Origin: Lama glama
Lineage: Eukaryota
NCBI GenBank assembly: GCA_028534125.1
Contig: CM052816.1
Coordinates: forward strand, 87,484,001 to 87,548,000
Direction: 5' to 3'
DNA: 64,000 bases
The position numbers were made by a program, and so were the translations under genes. Of the stretch, positions 36,780 through 50,604 are shown piece after piece. The notes beneath the pieces were generated by a model that saw nothing but the letters and a program-made list of their open reading frames with translations, was not told the DNA's origin and did no database searches. How positions within the stretch are numbered: the stretch's first letter is position 1; the number at the start of each line of letters is the position of its first letter.

Positions 36780-37215
36780 GACCTCAGTCACATATGGGGC
36801 CATATTCTCTCCATGCTCCAGCCACACCTGAAAATTGCCATGCTTCCTTCTACCATAGTGTCTTTGCACATACCATCTAGCTGGTCCCTCTGCCTAGGGA
36901 TGCTTCTCCTCCCCTTTTACACAACCCTCCAACTTCCTTGTGGTCAGTACTTTTTCAGAAGAAACTTCTTTGACCTCCCTTACCTTATCAGATCAATTAT
37001 AATTTCTCAGCATAATTGCCGAGATCTTAGAGTAGTCATTAATTCACACTCATGTGGGCTTGGAAGAATGTGTTTTTCTGTGTGCATGTGTTTAACAGGA
37101 TGTGAAGGTATGGGTCCTGGGTGCCAGAGCTAAGTTTATATCTTCCATACTCACCCCAGTGCCTAGTACAGAGTGAACTGTAAATATACATCTGTTTCTT
37201 AAATGAATAACCTAC
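36780..37215 (+). mobile_element. L2 3' region
   Basis: CATGCTCCAGCCACAC...TCTTTGCACAT...CCCTCTGCCTAGGGATGC; CCCCAGTGCCTAGTACAGAG...AATGAATAA. Confidence 0.75.
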
Positions 37216-38624
37216 TTGAATGACAAAGGGAGGAAATTGGTCTTGATCATGTATTTACATTTGAATAAACAGCATTGTCCAAGATAGTGATGTATTTATT
37301 TACAAAAGCCTAGTTTTTACCATATTTAACCTTGCGACCTCAGCATAATCTTAGGCCAGTCTCCAAGTCGTTTTATTGGCTTTATTGTCTTAATGTTACA
37401 GAGTCAATTGTAAATTGAAGAAATACTAGATTATTTTCCCAAAAACTACAGTTTCTCTGAACTAGCATGTGTTTGGGGGAGATAGTTTTAGTGTCTGCCC
37501 TACTCTTATGATTCAAAGATCCCCTCAAATAAGCCTATTACTAATTTTAAATTAGAAGAAACCATGCTGTAACATCAAATATGTGACAGCAGAGAATGTA
37601 AAATTCAAGCCAACCTTCTGATTTTTAATTTTAAGAGGGGTGGATGTAAGAGGTTTCAGCTAGGAGCCTAGAGGAAATGAATAAAATACTTCAATTGTCA
37701 TAACTGAGAAACCAACTGCTTTTATGAAAATTATCAAAAAGAGTAATTTCGCCAAAACAATGTATTTTTGAAAGAGCCACTCAGTGTGGTGATTCTGTTG
37801 TTGATGCTTGTTTGATTGTTCCTGTTACTGTGAAGAACACACATGAAGGTTATGAAGACATAAATGCACCATTTCTTCCTTCAATGACCTTAATGTCTGG
37901 AATGTAGATGGCAGACGATACAAATAATTAAAAATAACATTGGGGAAGCACAGTAAATGTTGAAATAAGGGTGCAGTCCTACTTAAAGTTAACTATCATT
38001 TCAATAGAGAAGATGTTTCTTTCCTATTAATGTTGAACAATGAAAATTTCAGGAAAAAATGCGAAGAATTTAATTTGCACAAATAATTGTATTAGCACAG
38101 TTAAGGGACATTAACAATTAGTCGGTGTGTTTAACATGAAAATTATTCTGCAGAGTTTTAATTGAAGGGATTTATGCATATTTAGTAGGCTTAATGTTGT
38201 GTCTTCTTAAATCACTCTGCTGTGTAATGTGGGCAGGTTGTGATTAGGATGTAATAAGGCCAATTCACAGGGGTGCATCCGAAATGAGCGTCCAGATGTG
38301 TGATGAGTGTGAATGGGACACTACTAAAGAAAAATGGTGCAGCAGCAGAAAAGATACTCCACACTTAGAGACTTAGATATGGGAGATATTCTTAAAATGA
38401 GCTTATCTTATTCTTGCAAAAATCCATCTTATTATGCAAAGCGTAATGGGATATTAAAATGGGATTTTCTTCCCCTTTCAGATTAGTGGTGAAAAACAAA
38501 GGGATATAATGTGATCACATATTATACAGAAATTAAAACCTTGGTTTCTCTGGCTTTGATGACTATGATCAGCGTTTCAAATCCCAATAACTTTTGACTC
38601 AATAATTCTAATACTGGAACTGTA

Positions 38625-39040
38625 ATATAGTAAAATGTTATCTACAGAGATGTGCATTGTAGCAATATTTATACAATAGTAATATATTCAAAACACGTAT
38701 TTGTCCATGAATGAAGGACCAACTAAATTATTACATATTAAAATAATTGAGATAATAGATAATATATACATATTATATAGCTCTAGTTGAGATATATAGT
38801 ACTTTCTAATGCATAAGACAACTTACTCAAAGTGAAAAGACAAAATGTAAAATTGAATTTGGAATACGAAAACAAAGGAAATAAATGAATCATTGAACAA
38901 ATGAACAACATACAAAGAATTTATATCATTTACAAAAACAGATTTTGTTATATGTGATTTGTTTCCCTTCATGGAGATTTTTAATTTGTGTATGTGTTCC
39001 ATATGCCTTCATTACTAGTATAATATAGATTTAAGTTATA
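38625..39040 (+). mobile_element. L1ME-like 3' relic
   Basis: ACAGAGATGTGCATTGTAGCAATATTTATA...TGTCCATGAATG. Confidence 0.55.
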
Positions 39041-40084
39041 AATTATTAAATAAAACCAGAATAGATTTTTGAATACTAAAATTGAAAAATATGAACATAC
39101 ATGTTATATTTATTAAAGTTAACCAAGAGAATAATTATAAGTGAAATCATTTGGTTATTAATAGAAAACTTTTTGAATGTATTGTATATACTTATTTTAG
39201 AAGATGCAAACTATTTAGAAATTAAATGAGATGAGTGTCTGTACCTACCAGCAAAAACCTATTAATTTAGTTAATGCTTTAGAACTAAGCAGTCAGAGCC
39301 AACTACACTTTAACTCAGAAGTGGTTTCTCTTACCCAAAGCTCATTTAATGCTTTGAGGTACCAATTCTGTAACAGACATTTCCCAGCTATCTGAAGCCT
39401 CTCCAAAATGAAATGATGAAAATAACACGTCGTATCAGGTTTTATGTCAACTACTCAAGGAAAAATGCAAATAAACCATAACGTATAGAAATACCTCTCC
39501 ATTTACCTTATTATAGCATTTTGATAAAGTATAGCATTAGGAGAGAAAACATTGATGGAGAAGTTTTCATCATTTTTAGTCCTATTAACAGAAACATAAA
39601 AGTAATGGTGAAATACTAAACAATGTGATAATGTGGTTTTAAAATTTTATTATAACTCTTTATCCCTCTGAGTATATTAAAAGGAAAAAAGTCATTATCA
39701 TCTTTCTTGGTGGCAGATATAGACTTATTTTGCAATTGTGCCATTTATGAATTTGAGTTGTGCTCTCTATTTTTTTCCTCCCCAAAATAACATTGAAAGT
39801 ATTTTAATAATTCCCATTTTGTGTTGCATAAGTTGGGAATTGCATGGGTGTGTCTGTGTATTTGTGTGTGTATGAGTTTTTTTCTTAATTCAATCCAGTT
39901 TTCTGTTTTTTTTTTTTTTCCCCAAAATGATTGCTTTGAATTTGGGTTGTGAGATAGAAGCTAGAGAGTTTCTACTGCTACTGCTTTCCCTTGGAATCTG
40001 AAGCTGAGAGCTTGGTGACATGACTTTGAATTTGTGATAGAAAAGCAGTGAATGTGTTTCACTGACCTTGTTAATATCTTTGCT

Positions 40085-40200
40085 GCTCAAACATTCATTA
40101 GCTTTGTCGCCCTGAGCAAGTATATTTAAACTCTCTGCATCTCAATTCCTTCTTCTGTATTTTGGAGAAATATAAATTACTACTTCAAAGAACTGAAAGA
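40085..40200. mobile_element. MIR fragment
   Basis: CCCTGAGCAAGTATATTTAAACTCTCTGCATCTCAATTCCTTCTTCTGTA. Confidence 0.7.
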
Positions 40201-40206
40201 ACTGAT

Positions 40207-40217
40207 ACACACACACA

Positions 40218-40255
<38 letters not shown>
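40207..40255 (+). repeat. (CA)n microsatellite with one interruption
   Basis: Directly visible. Confidence 0.97.
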
Positions 40256-40256
<1 letters not shown>

Positions 40257-41889
40257 CAGATCGTATACTATACAAAGAAGATTAATAGTTTATTCAATCA
40301 ATTCGATTTTTGGTATAAACCAAGAAGACCAACCTTCATTTCTAAGATTATGTTGTTTATACAAGGTGTAACGAAAGTGACATTTTATGAATCCAAACTA
40401 TAATTTGTGAGGTAAATGAAAACTAACTTATATTGGCTGCAATAGAAAATTCAGCTCTCCAAAAAGTGAAAGCCACATCGTACACCACTCATCTGATAAT
40501 GTAGACTCAACATCTCCCTGAAAAATGTCTTAGATGCATAGTTCTCTAAAGAACAGAAAGGCTGTGGATGACCTTATCAATAATGGTAAAATATTATTTA
40601 TAACTTTTCCTAGAATATTTTAAGTATGTTATGGTCTCCCCCATTAGTTTAGGTAGTCTGCATTTCCTATTATTATTATTATTATCATTATTATTAATTA
40701 TTATTATATGTTATAAATATTCTAACACATTTTTTGTAAGCTGCCGTATGTAATAATATTTAGTGGCACCAAGTCAAGCCTTAAAGTAAAGTTTGCTCTT
40801 CAGTTTCTTGCTTGTGAATTTCTTGTTGGACCTTTGGGACTTCAGTGACATAAGCCTAACATTTTATGTAATTTCCCTCGAGAGTATTCTAAAATAGTTT
40901 GAACTTAGCTGAAACACATTCGATTGCAAATAACGGAAAGTAACTTGAACCCCATTAAGCAAATGGATTTTCCTACAAACGTGCAGGGCTATTTGAAGAT
41001 CTCCGAGCCAGGAGCACCTGCGAGCTGCACAGCGCCCTCCCTCGGTCTTTGCACACCACTCTGAGCATTATCTCTTAGCAGCTTCTGTTTCTACTGCTTT
41101 CACACAGGGGAGAAGACCACAGAAAGTTTCCCAGTTTAGAATTCTTGAGTTATGTAATAACTTTGAGAATCTAATGGTCTCTAAAAAATATTGTCAAATT
41201 TTTGGTGGCGAGAACTTTAATTTCATAAATTTAAACTCAAGTCAGTGATATGGAGAGCGTGTGGTGCAAAATTAAAAAAAAAAAAAGTTAAAACCCAGTT
41301 CGATGGCCATTTAGGTGAGAGGACAGCTCTCAAAGAAGAGAGGAGGTTTTACTGGGCAGCCTCTCCAGGTTGTTTCTGCTATATTAACCCTATTTGTCTG
41401 TGAGTCTTAAAAAACAAACCAAAACAGCATACATACTTTATTGACATTATTTTCTTTGTGGAGAACCATGAGTAAGGGAAGAGGACATTTGGGATGGAAA
41501 ACCAGTCCCAACATTTCTTATTAAGAGTATATTTTATTTAAAGGGTTGTTGTCTTTTCTATGATCCTCACTTCTGTCATTTCTCTGTCATACATTTGTTT
41601 GTTTTGATTCACGGACACATTGCAAGACCTCCAAATTAACCCCATTGAGGGGAAAAAGTGTAAAGGTAAGGTGCGAAGAATACTGAGGACACTTACAAAT
41701 TTTTGCCACATTTTCCTCAATTTCTGGACTATCATGTTGGCGTTAGCACTTCTTTGGCATCTTGCTTCACGGTTACATGGTTAAACTTTTCACTTGGACA
41801 CTCACTCTGTCAATAGTTAATTTTGAATATCTACTCTTGTTTGCTAAGGATTGTAAAATATCTTTTAAAATAGTTTTCTACTAACAAGG

Positions 41890-42600
41890 AGTCAACAAAC
41901 TCAGGTGAAGGACAGTTATCGTGGAATAATGGCAGTACAATCACATTTAGAGAAAGGTGATTTGCAAGGCTATACTGCTCAGAAAGGAAGAGATGACATT
42001 TCAGCTTGGAGTTTAGCTAGAAAAGGACAACATGGTAACCAAGTCGGGAGAAAGATTATCTGAAGACACAGGAAAAGGTAACACAGTGTCTGTGGGTGTG
42101 TAGCAGAAAATCCCTTCGGCTGTAACAAGGGTGCTATTACACAAACTGAGGAGGAAAATGTTGGAAATGTTAGGAAGGATGAGAGTGTGCATGGAGATAT
42201 ATATATGATATATATATATATCATATATATAAAGCCATATATATATATAATATATAATATATAATATATAATATATAATATATAATATATAATATATATG
42301 GCTTTAAATGGTGAAGATGTGGGAAGTTGTCCTGTACGCAAATTGAAAACTACTGAAAACTTGTGAGCAGGGCCGTGTAACACAGAGAAGTGAGACAATA
42401 CAATCCATCTTTGTTCTTTAGCAAGTTGGGTTGAATCAGGGAAGGGGAAGAGAAAGAAAAGGGATTGCTTACTGCAAAGCAATCACTTATTTAACAAAGT
42501 TGTCTATTATGACTGAAAAAGGAGGTAATAAAGTTTTGAGGGAGAGGTGGTGAAGTTTGGAGTGCTACTGGATAATAGTATATCGATAAATTACAAGTCT
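41890..42600 (-). mobile_element. L2 relic interrupted by an AT microsatellite
   Basis: GATGACATTTCAGCTTGGAGTTT...; GGCTTTAAATG...GGAAGTTG...ACTACTGAAAAC; purine-rich antisense L2 texture. Confidence 0.5.
42197..42299 (+). repeat. (AT)n/(ATATA)n microsatellite
   Basis: Directly visible. Confidence 0.95.
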
Positions 42601-42694
42601 TTCTACCCAAATGAGATTCAAAGTGCTGCGAAGATTTCTATAAGAAAGATACACAGTTCAAAAGTCAGCAAGACAAAGTGAAGTTTGCTTTTTA

Positions 42695-42906
42695 ATTTTT
42701 TTTATTATAATATAGTCCATTTACAATGATGCGTCAATTTCTGGTGGACAGCATAGTGTTTCAGTCAAACATATACATATGTTATTTTGTTTTCATATTC
42801 TTTTTCATCATAAGTTACTATAAGATATTGAATATAGTTCCTTGTGCTATACAGAAAGAATTTGTTGTTTATCTATTTTACATATAATAGTATATGCAAA
42901 TCTATA
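42695..42906 (-). mobile_element. Short 5'-truncated L1 3' end with 14-bp TSD
   Basis: AAGTTTGCTTTTTA at 42681-42694 and 42907-42920; body homologous to 17541-17755. Confidence 0.92.
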
Positions 42907-43409
42907 AAGTTTGCTTTTTATAGTCATCAAACTTGTGGTGGGATGCACAGGGTAAAGAGGTTTGATAAGTTGTGTTGGGAGATGTAACCAAGCCAGAGGA
43001 AAAAGAAATACGTTTTCTTTCTTAAATATAAGAAAGTGTCACATTCTCTCCAGCTACATGAGAAGCTGAAAGAGGCTGAGGTGGGGAGAGAGAGAGAGGG
43101 AGAGAAATTTCTTAAGCCATCATCCCACTCAGTTCTCCAGGGTGTAAGGAAACAAGAAAACACCAGAGAACGAGGTGGAGGTGGCGGACAGTAGAAGAAT
43201 CTGACCACAGCAAAGGCAGGGCTCAGTCTGGTGAAAAATCATTAGAATTCGCCTTGCATCAGTTATTCCTATCAGTACACGAGTAAGGGAGGCTGAAGTT
43301 CCTAAATACCTCCCCTCGTGATTGCCGCTGGGTGCGGGCCTCCTCTTAACTAGGAAAAGGACCTGAGAGTCTTTCCACTTAGGCCAGATAAAATGGAAGA
43401 CCTATAAAA

Positions 43410-43652
43410 TAGTATTCAGCATATGTTGAGCAGTTAGCGTGTGCTAAGTACTGGCCAAATGCTAACTTGTGCAATCCTTACGGTAATCCTATGGTAGATG
43501 ATGTTATTATTATCATTAATTATATGGGAAAATTGAGGAAAATAACAGTTAAACTAATTTTCCTTACATCACAGAGTTAGTGGAAGAGGCAGGATTCAAG
43601 GACAGGCCTTGGAGCCACAGAATGTGCACTCATAATATTTTACAACATTGCC
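43410..43652. mobile_element. MIR
   Basis: TGTTGAGCAGTTAGCGTGTGCTAAGTACTG...ATCACAGAGTTAGTGGAAGAGGCAGGATTCAAG. Confidence 0.75.
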
Positions 43653-43929
43653 AAGGAAGAATTGGGGGAAAAAAAGTCTAAAACAAACTGCAATATGTAA
43701 GAAATGTTGATACCAAACACAACTCTCCATTGTCAAATCACTATCACAGACGTTAATCATTCATAGATCTTCTTATCTGCCAAGAAATTGTCTTTGAATT
43801 AAAGAAACTACAGTGATTTAGGAGAGACAATTTCTTATTCTCAAAGAGTTTATATTCTACAAAGAAGTCTAAAAATTAAACGTTAATAAAGTTATTTCAG
43901 TAAGTATTAAATATGATGAATAAAACAAT

Positions 43930-45160
43930 AATTTTATTCATTTATTTAACCCTTTTTATTGATCACCTGCTGTGTTCTAGACACCCTCAGATAGTGGTGA
44001 TACAAACCAACAGCACAAAACAACCCTCAAGTAACTTAAAGGTTTGTGTGAGAAGGTCTGCACTGAACAAGTTAGGAATGTTGCGTCAGATATCAGGAAG
44101 TCAAATGGAGAATAGTGAAATGAGATTTTAGGAAAGATGGGAATGCAGTGAGTTATTATTTTAAACAGCATTGCACATCAAGGCTCTGCTAAAAACATAG
44201 TATTTGCCTGGTGACCTCTGATGTTTGAACATTTTACAAATCTGTATGGGTGACGTTATAGGGAGAACTGGGAAGGGAAATAGTTTCAGATTGAAGAGTG
44301 AGGGAAAACCTTTTCAGAAGTTATTGTTTGAACTGAGATGGTAAAGAAAAAGCCTGGCAGGTAAGATCGGGGAGCAAAGGTTCTTCCATATTGATATAGA
44401 ACTAGTAAGAAAAGGCAAAGCTTTAGGACATGAAAGATAGTAAAGATCTAGAACAAATCCAGAGTAGCTTGATTTTTACTTAGGGAAGATCAGTGTAGTT
44501 TTAGTTGAGGTCAGAGAGATGGTCGAAACCATCTTATGCAGTATTTTCCATGATACTGTAAGAAGTTCAATTTTATTTTCAGGGTAGTGAGATGTCATTG
44601 AAAGTTTTAAGGTGGGGAGTAGCAATCTGATTATGTTTTTTAAAACCCTATTGCTCTGGAATAGGGATAAAATGATGGTGCTTAAGGCAAAGATGGAAGC
44701 TTTTCAAGGCTGTGGAATTAGAGAGCATGAGGATAGTTCAGGTTATATTTACAGTCAGTGATATTCATGGATTAGAAATCAAGAGGGTGTCACTTATCAA
44801 TAAAGGGTGCATTGGGGGAATTTGCGAAGTAAGGGTTGATATGTTGCACAGATCACTCAAATGCGGCCCCACAAATGGGATGTCAGCTGGGCAGCTGATT
44901 ATGTGAATCAGGAGCGTCTAGAGAGGTCCGGTGGAATAAATCAGTTTGGAAGCTTTAAGCATGTAGATAGAATTAAAGTCATGGTATCTGATCAGATTAC
45001 CCTATAAGAAGTTGGACAGGAAAAGGAAGTAGGTTAATGACTGAACCCTGAAGAAAAACTGATCAACAGAAAGAAATAAAGAGTATTCAGCAGAAAAGGA
45101 AGAAATCCAGGCTAGATTTCTCTTCTCTAAGTGGAAACAAGGAAGAAAATGTGAAGAGGG
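43930..45160 (-). mobile_element. L2, long relic
   Basis: Starts TTTATTCATTTATTTAAC...TTTATTGATCACCTGCTGTGTTCTAGACAC; CATTGAAAGTTTTAAG; AGCTGGGCAGCTGATTATGTGAATCAGGAG...GAGAGGTC. Confidence 0.8.
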
Positions 45161-45189
45161 ATGTCCTGACAACATCTTACAACTTTCTG

Positions 45190-45780
45190 TTTGAAAAGTG
45201 TTTTCAGCTGCAGTATAAATACAATTTTTAAATAGGCTTCTTGTTAAGGGCTAGTTTACGTCTTATTTGTCTGAATATTCAGACGTGGAGAGGTCACTGG
45301 GATGACTGGCTTCAATAGCTGAATGAAATCACCAACAATCTAGATTATTTTCATCTGTTTGTTGACACCAATATTGGTTCTATCTTTTGAGTGGCTGAAA
45401 ATGGCTTGTAAGACAATGGCGTTAGCAGCTCTACTTTTGATACCCAGATTCAAAACCACTCAGAGGGGAAAGAGTGCCTTCTCTTCCTGTGCTTTCTACT
45501 TTGGAAACAAGAAACCTTACCAAAAGTCACTCAGCCTATTCTACTGTGTGTTTCATAAGCCAGGGTTACATCATATAGACATGTTTGAACCAATAACTGG
45601 CAATAGGTTAAGTGATTCACCAAGAGCAAACCAGGTCCAAAGTGAGTTGGGACTATAGTCACATTCCTGTGTGGTACAGGAGAAGATTCCTAAAATCAAA
45701 CAAACAAACAAATCAGAGTTCTGAAAGAAAATAAGAATGTGGGAAAAGATGCTAGGTAACCTGTAGCATTCGACGCAAAT
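45190..45780 (-). mobile_element. Old MLT1 (K-like) LTR relic
   Basis: TTTTCAGCTGCAG; GCCAGGGTTACATCATATAGACATGTTTGAACCAATAACTGGCAA. Confidence 0.6.
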
Positions 45781-46060
45781 CATTTGTCCCCTGATGTTTG
45801 CAGGGGAAGAGAAGGAGAAACGTGTTAATAAGGGAAGAGCCTGGAGGACATTTCTCAGTTATAATTTGTCAGCTTGTTACAGGTATTCCCAATAAAAAGC
45901 ACATACCAACAGGTATGTTCTTCTTGTTCATGTGGATGCATAAGATCAGCTTAATGTAATGACAGTAGACATTAATGTGATTCACCCAATTCTCTCTACT
46001 TTACTTGCATTTAAGCTCACTAGGCATTTTCTGACTGTAATACGGCTTTTCAGTTGAGTA

Positions 46061-46412
46061 CAGTAGTCCCTTGGTATCCAGGAACCTCCAGATACCAAAA
46101 TTCAAAAATGCCAAAATTGAGATCTGAGGATGCTCAAGTCTTTTATTGAAAATGGCATGCTATTTGCATATAACCTACGCATATTCTCCCATAGACTTTA
46201 AATCGTCTGTAGATTACTTAGAATACCTAATACAATGTGAACGCTGTGTAAAACGGTTTGAATACAACGCAAATGCTATGTAAATGGTTGCTGGAGCACA
46301 GCAAATTTAAGTTTTGCTTTTTGAAACTCTCTGGAATTTTTTTTCAAATATTTTTGATCCACAGTTGGTTGAATCCATGGATACAGAACCCATGGATATG
46401 AAGGGCTGACTG
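46061..46412. mobile_element. MER2/Tigger2-family TcMar element
   Basis: TA then CAGTAGTCCCTTGGTATCC at the left end; GGATATGAAGGGCTGACTG at the right end (terminal inverted repeats); internal TATTTGCATATAACCTACGCA. Confidence 0.92.
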
Positions 46413-47797
46413 TGGATCTATAGGAAGAAAACATTCTCTCTAAAAGTGTCTGTATCTCTTATAATACCTTCTGACTTATATCTACATTGATACTTCTGAG
46501 TTGGAGAAACATCTGTTAATTCTCATGTGATGGATCGTATTTGTATATTTTGGCAAAATGGCTGTGGTACCCTTGTCGGACCAGATCTTAAGCACGGAGC
46601 CATGTGCTGCTTCCACACAGCCCTGTTCCATACTCAACAAATCTTCCTCAGGGCCACTGTCCTCCTTTTTGGCTGGGATTTTTTTGTTGTTGTTTTTTGT
46701 TTTTAAATGCTACAATTCACATGCACTTTAGAGGTTTTGTATGTAAGGCTTTTTAAAAATATTTTAATACATCAGTAAATCTTAGGTAGGACCCATGGGG
46801 AGCCCTTTCACAGTAAATTTCACTTTCTAGTGAATTGCATTAATGCATGTTTATTGGTATCATTTCTAAATATTTGTTCTAAACTGAACCCTATATGATA
46901 GAGATAAAAACAATTTTAATGATATATTTTCAATTATTAAATCACTAATGAGTCATAGGATCTGGAAGACAAATAAAAATGAGTCATCTTAGAATTCTTT
47001 TGTGTTGAAGGAAAAAAAAACACCAGATGTATAAATAAGCCTGAATTATCTCCTTTTATTGCTCTTTTAGCTTTTGATACATGTGAGAAGAAATGTGAAA
47101 GTGCTCGCAGGCTTTTATTTCTTTCTTATTCGCTTCACTGCGTTAGATCAGCACCGTCTCACATGTTTGGTTCACAGAATACATGACTTACTACTGTCTT
47201 AACAAGACGTGCACATTAAACACAAAGAAATACAGGGCTCACGGCTACAACTCTCTGGAAATCATAGGTCATTATTCCTTTTCTCTCATGCACCTTATAT
47301 CTCTCCTTTTTATTCTCAAGATAGGGAGGAGCTGCATCTAAGTATAAATGAATAAAACACATTTTCCTTCTCACACCATAAAGCATGTGTACAAGAATTA
47401 TTTAGACTTCATCTTTGAATTACTGGATTTCTAATAATTATCTAATTCTCTTTCACACACACTCCACATTGGTATATCTGGGGATGGCATGCAGCCAGAG
47501 GAAATGCTTTTCTATTTCATACTTAGTAGGTGAGACTAGCATCACTTAAAATTTCTGTGACTGACACATTTAGGAAAATTCATCCTTCCAGTCATCCATG
47601 AAAAAGGCATGCTTGCAATTTTTTATATAAATATCACAACATATATTTTCAGACTCTGGTGAGGTACTATGACTAAGAGACTGTAGGATTATCTAAGTCA
47701 ACAAAGCTGTGTTTTCCTAGTAAAATGCTTTTTTTATGTGGCCATTAAGAGAGTGTGAGCTATGTGATAGTTTCTAAGATATAAGGTGAGCCCAGTT

Positions 47798-48133
47798 GTA
47801 CTCCTGTGCTCTCACTGCTGTAACAAAGCACCAAAAGAACTGTGTGACTTGAACATCAGAAGTTCATTTTCTCACAGGTCTGGAGACCGGAAGTCCCAGA
47901 TCAGGGTGGCATCAGGATGCGTTTCCAGTGAGGCCTCTCTTCCCGGCTTGAGAAGGTTGCCTCTTCCAAGGCCTCTTCCTCTTCGTATAAGGATACCAGT
48001 CGTGTTGAATTAGCGTCCAACCCTTGTAACCAGATTACCTCCTTAAAGACCATATCTCTGATTATAGTCACCCTGAGAACTAGTGCTTCAGCATGTGAAT
48101 TTGGGCAGAGGCGGCATGATTCAGGCTTTCATA
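47798..48133 (-). mobile_element. MLT1A/B-like MaLR LTR
   Basis: CTGCTGTAACAAAGCACC...TTTTCTCACAGGTCTGGAGACCGGAAGTCCCAGATCAGGGTG...GCTTCAGCATGTGAATTTGGG. Confidence 0.85.
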
Positions 48134-49214
48134 CTGTTTTGCTAAAACAATTGGGACCTACTTTAAAATGAACAGTTGAGTAGATGAAAACGTGTGCTCC
48201 TCAGGGTCTGCTGATCTTCATTTTATGTAAGGCAGGATCTAGCTTTGAGCTTAGCCAGCAACATCTTTGTATCAAGTCCTTTACACTGTCACTGAAATCA
48301 TCCCTTCTCTATAATTTAGTATAATTTGTTTTACTGTTCCCTGTTAAAAAAAAAAAAAAAAGACTAGAGTAGCATGATGTGTCATCAAATTAAGGTTTTT
48401 ATAGCAGTGCACTGAAAAAATTCCCCTGGGGAACTGCCATATGGATCTAATTTGGGGCTCAGGATCAGTAGCCCTGGTCCAGTGGGAAGTTCTTCTTAAA
48501 TATTTCAATCTGTTACGAAACAGAAATTATTTTTAAGATGTTATTTTTCTTAGAAAGATGTACACTTGGTGTAGGTGCCAGAAAGACCAGGGTTTTGTAA
48601 AGTCTTCCAGTTAGTTTAACTCTTTCAATAGCTATGGAATTCTTGGCATTTCAAACTTGCAGTAGTATGGGGAATATTAAATAAGACACTGCAGGCGTAA
48701 CTATTTTAAAAACACTAAGACAAGATATTGACTGTTGAAATGTGAAGTGAAATATTTATTGGTGTGGTAGGAGGGGCAACGGAAGAAGTCATTTGATCTG
48801 ATAGAAAGGCTGTATCTTTAAAACAAGTTTATTTTCTTATTAAGAAACATGTTATTAAATAACCCATGGTTGTGTAAATAGATATGCACGCTGATGAATG
48901 TAAAAGTAAAAAATGAAGATTTTGAAAAAAAAATATTAACCTATAAAAATGACTGAATAGAAAAAATACGTTTTATACAAAATAATTGCTAAAGATATTT
49001 GACAGAAATTGATATATATCCTGACAAGATTAGAGAATTTATATTTTTACAATAAAGTCAATGTGCTTTTTATATTGATGCAAAGGTGGAAAAAAAGTAA
49101 AATTAAGAAGAAGAATTTATTTTTTAAAGATGTAACACTAAAGTCAATTTTTTGGGGGATAACAGACAAATATTATTTGCAGATAAATTTATATAATTTA
49201 AAAACCACCTGTAG

Positions 49215-49755
49215 AAGTGTGGCCAATATGACAGATTAGGAAGAACTTGAACTCACGTTCTCCTGAGCCCCAGTGCAGGGACAATAATTTGAATTTAGTG
49301 TGGGACAGACCCACTTAATTATTTTGGAGAGCCTCTCAGAGAGGCAGGAAGCAACAGGCACTTCCCCTGGGAATACAGATGCTGGTGGCAGCCATTTAAG
49401 GGATCTCGTTCTACCAGTGAGGGCACTTGTAATGACAAACACCATGTTGGAATCCTCTCTCTAGCCTATTCTCTCTGTAAGCGTACCCCCCAACCACGAG
49501 GGAGACATTAGCCCCAGGACCCCCTGGGCCGCACAACCAGCCATGCAGGGACCAGGCCCTGCTGACTAGTGGGCCTGCAGCCACTGATCAGGACAGGGCC
49601 TGGCAGCCACCTGCACCTGGGGCCAGCCCTGCTCCAAGCACACTCACAGTCGTCAGACCCACCACAACAGACAGGCCCAGGGAGCCATCATGGGGGACCC
49701 CCAAATCGTATAGCCCCGGTGACCAGAGGGGAGTGAGCTGCTGTACCCCACAGTA
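49215..49755 (+). mobile_element. Isolated L1 5'UTR (L1M2/L1M3-like)
   Basis: GC-rich block starting CCAATATGACAGATTAGGAAG...TGAACTCAC, with CTGGTGGCAGCCATTT and GGTGACCAGAGGGGAGTG motifs typical of L1M 5' ends. Confidence 0.65.
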
Positions 49756-50604
49756 TAAAACCAGTTCCAAAGAAATGTATTTGAAAATGTACTATAATTC
49801 TTCAGTAACCTAAGTGAACAAGTGCTGAAATAGAAATGCTCTTGTGGCCAAAAAATTAATAAGAAACAAGTTCTAGAATGCAGGAGAAATAATTACCTAA
49901 TAAATATATCATCTAAATCAATAGGGAAACAGAGTATTTGATAATTGTATTAGGCAATTAATTACTTGCAATTAATTAGAGAAATAGTCTCACTCTGTTA
50001 ACAAAATTAACTTTTCTTATTGAAAAATTCTAGGATAGGAATGAGACCGTATACAGAGAATAATCAATTGTATGTACACTTTTATTAGGTTCTGGAATGT
50101 AGAAGGATTTTCTAAGAGAAAATCATTGATGGAGATACAAAGAAAATGCAACTGTTCTCAAAAGCAATTTGTCATTTTATACCAAAGCCTTAACAGTTTT
50201 TCTTCTTAATTATCCAAAATTATTTAAATTTGGCCATTTATCCTAAGGTAAAAATATCCACCATGTAGTTATTTCATATTGATGAAGTAACTAAGCATTT
50301 TAAAATAGTGAGATAGAAAAGTAAGTCATGAAACAGGAGACTAGTATGCTACCAACAAATGAATAGTCTAAAAATGTATTTCATAACAAAGTACATACTC
50401 AAAATTTGTATACATATACATGCATATGTACTGCATGAACTCAATAAATATATTCTGACTGGTCAATTTTATAGTATAAAGCTTGTGCTTTACTTTGTAT
50501 GACATCTTATTAAGTAAAGCACATGTTATTTGTATAATTTTTACACATATAAATTTATATACATATTATGTGTGTTATATATAGTCATATAGCATATATG
50601 AGCT

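Noticed and set aside
41979..42482. 167-aa minus-strand ORF
   Set aside because: It crosses an (ATATA)n microsatellite and an L2 relic.
47148..47168. REST/RE1 site at ATCAGCACC
   Set aside because: Only the left half matches; no GGACAG half follows.
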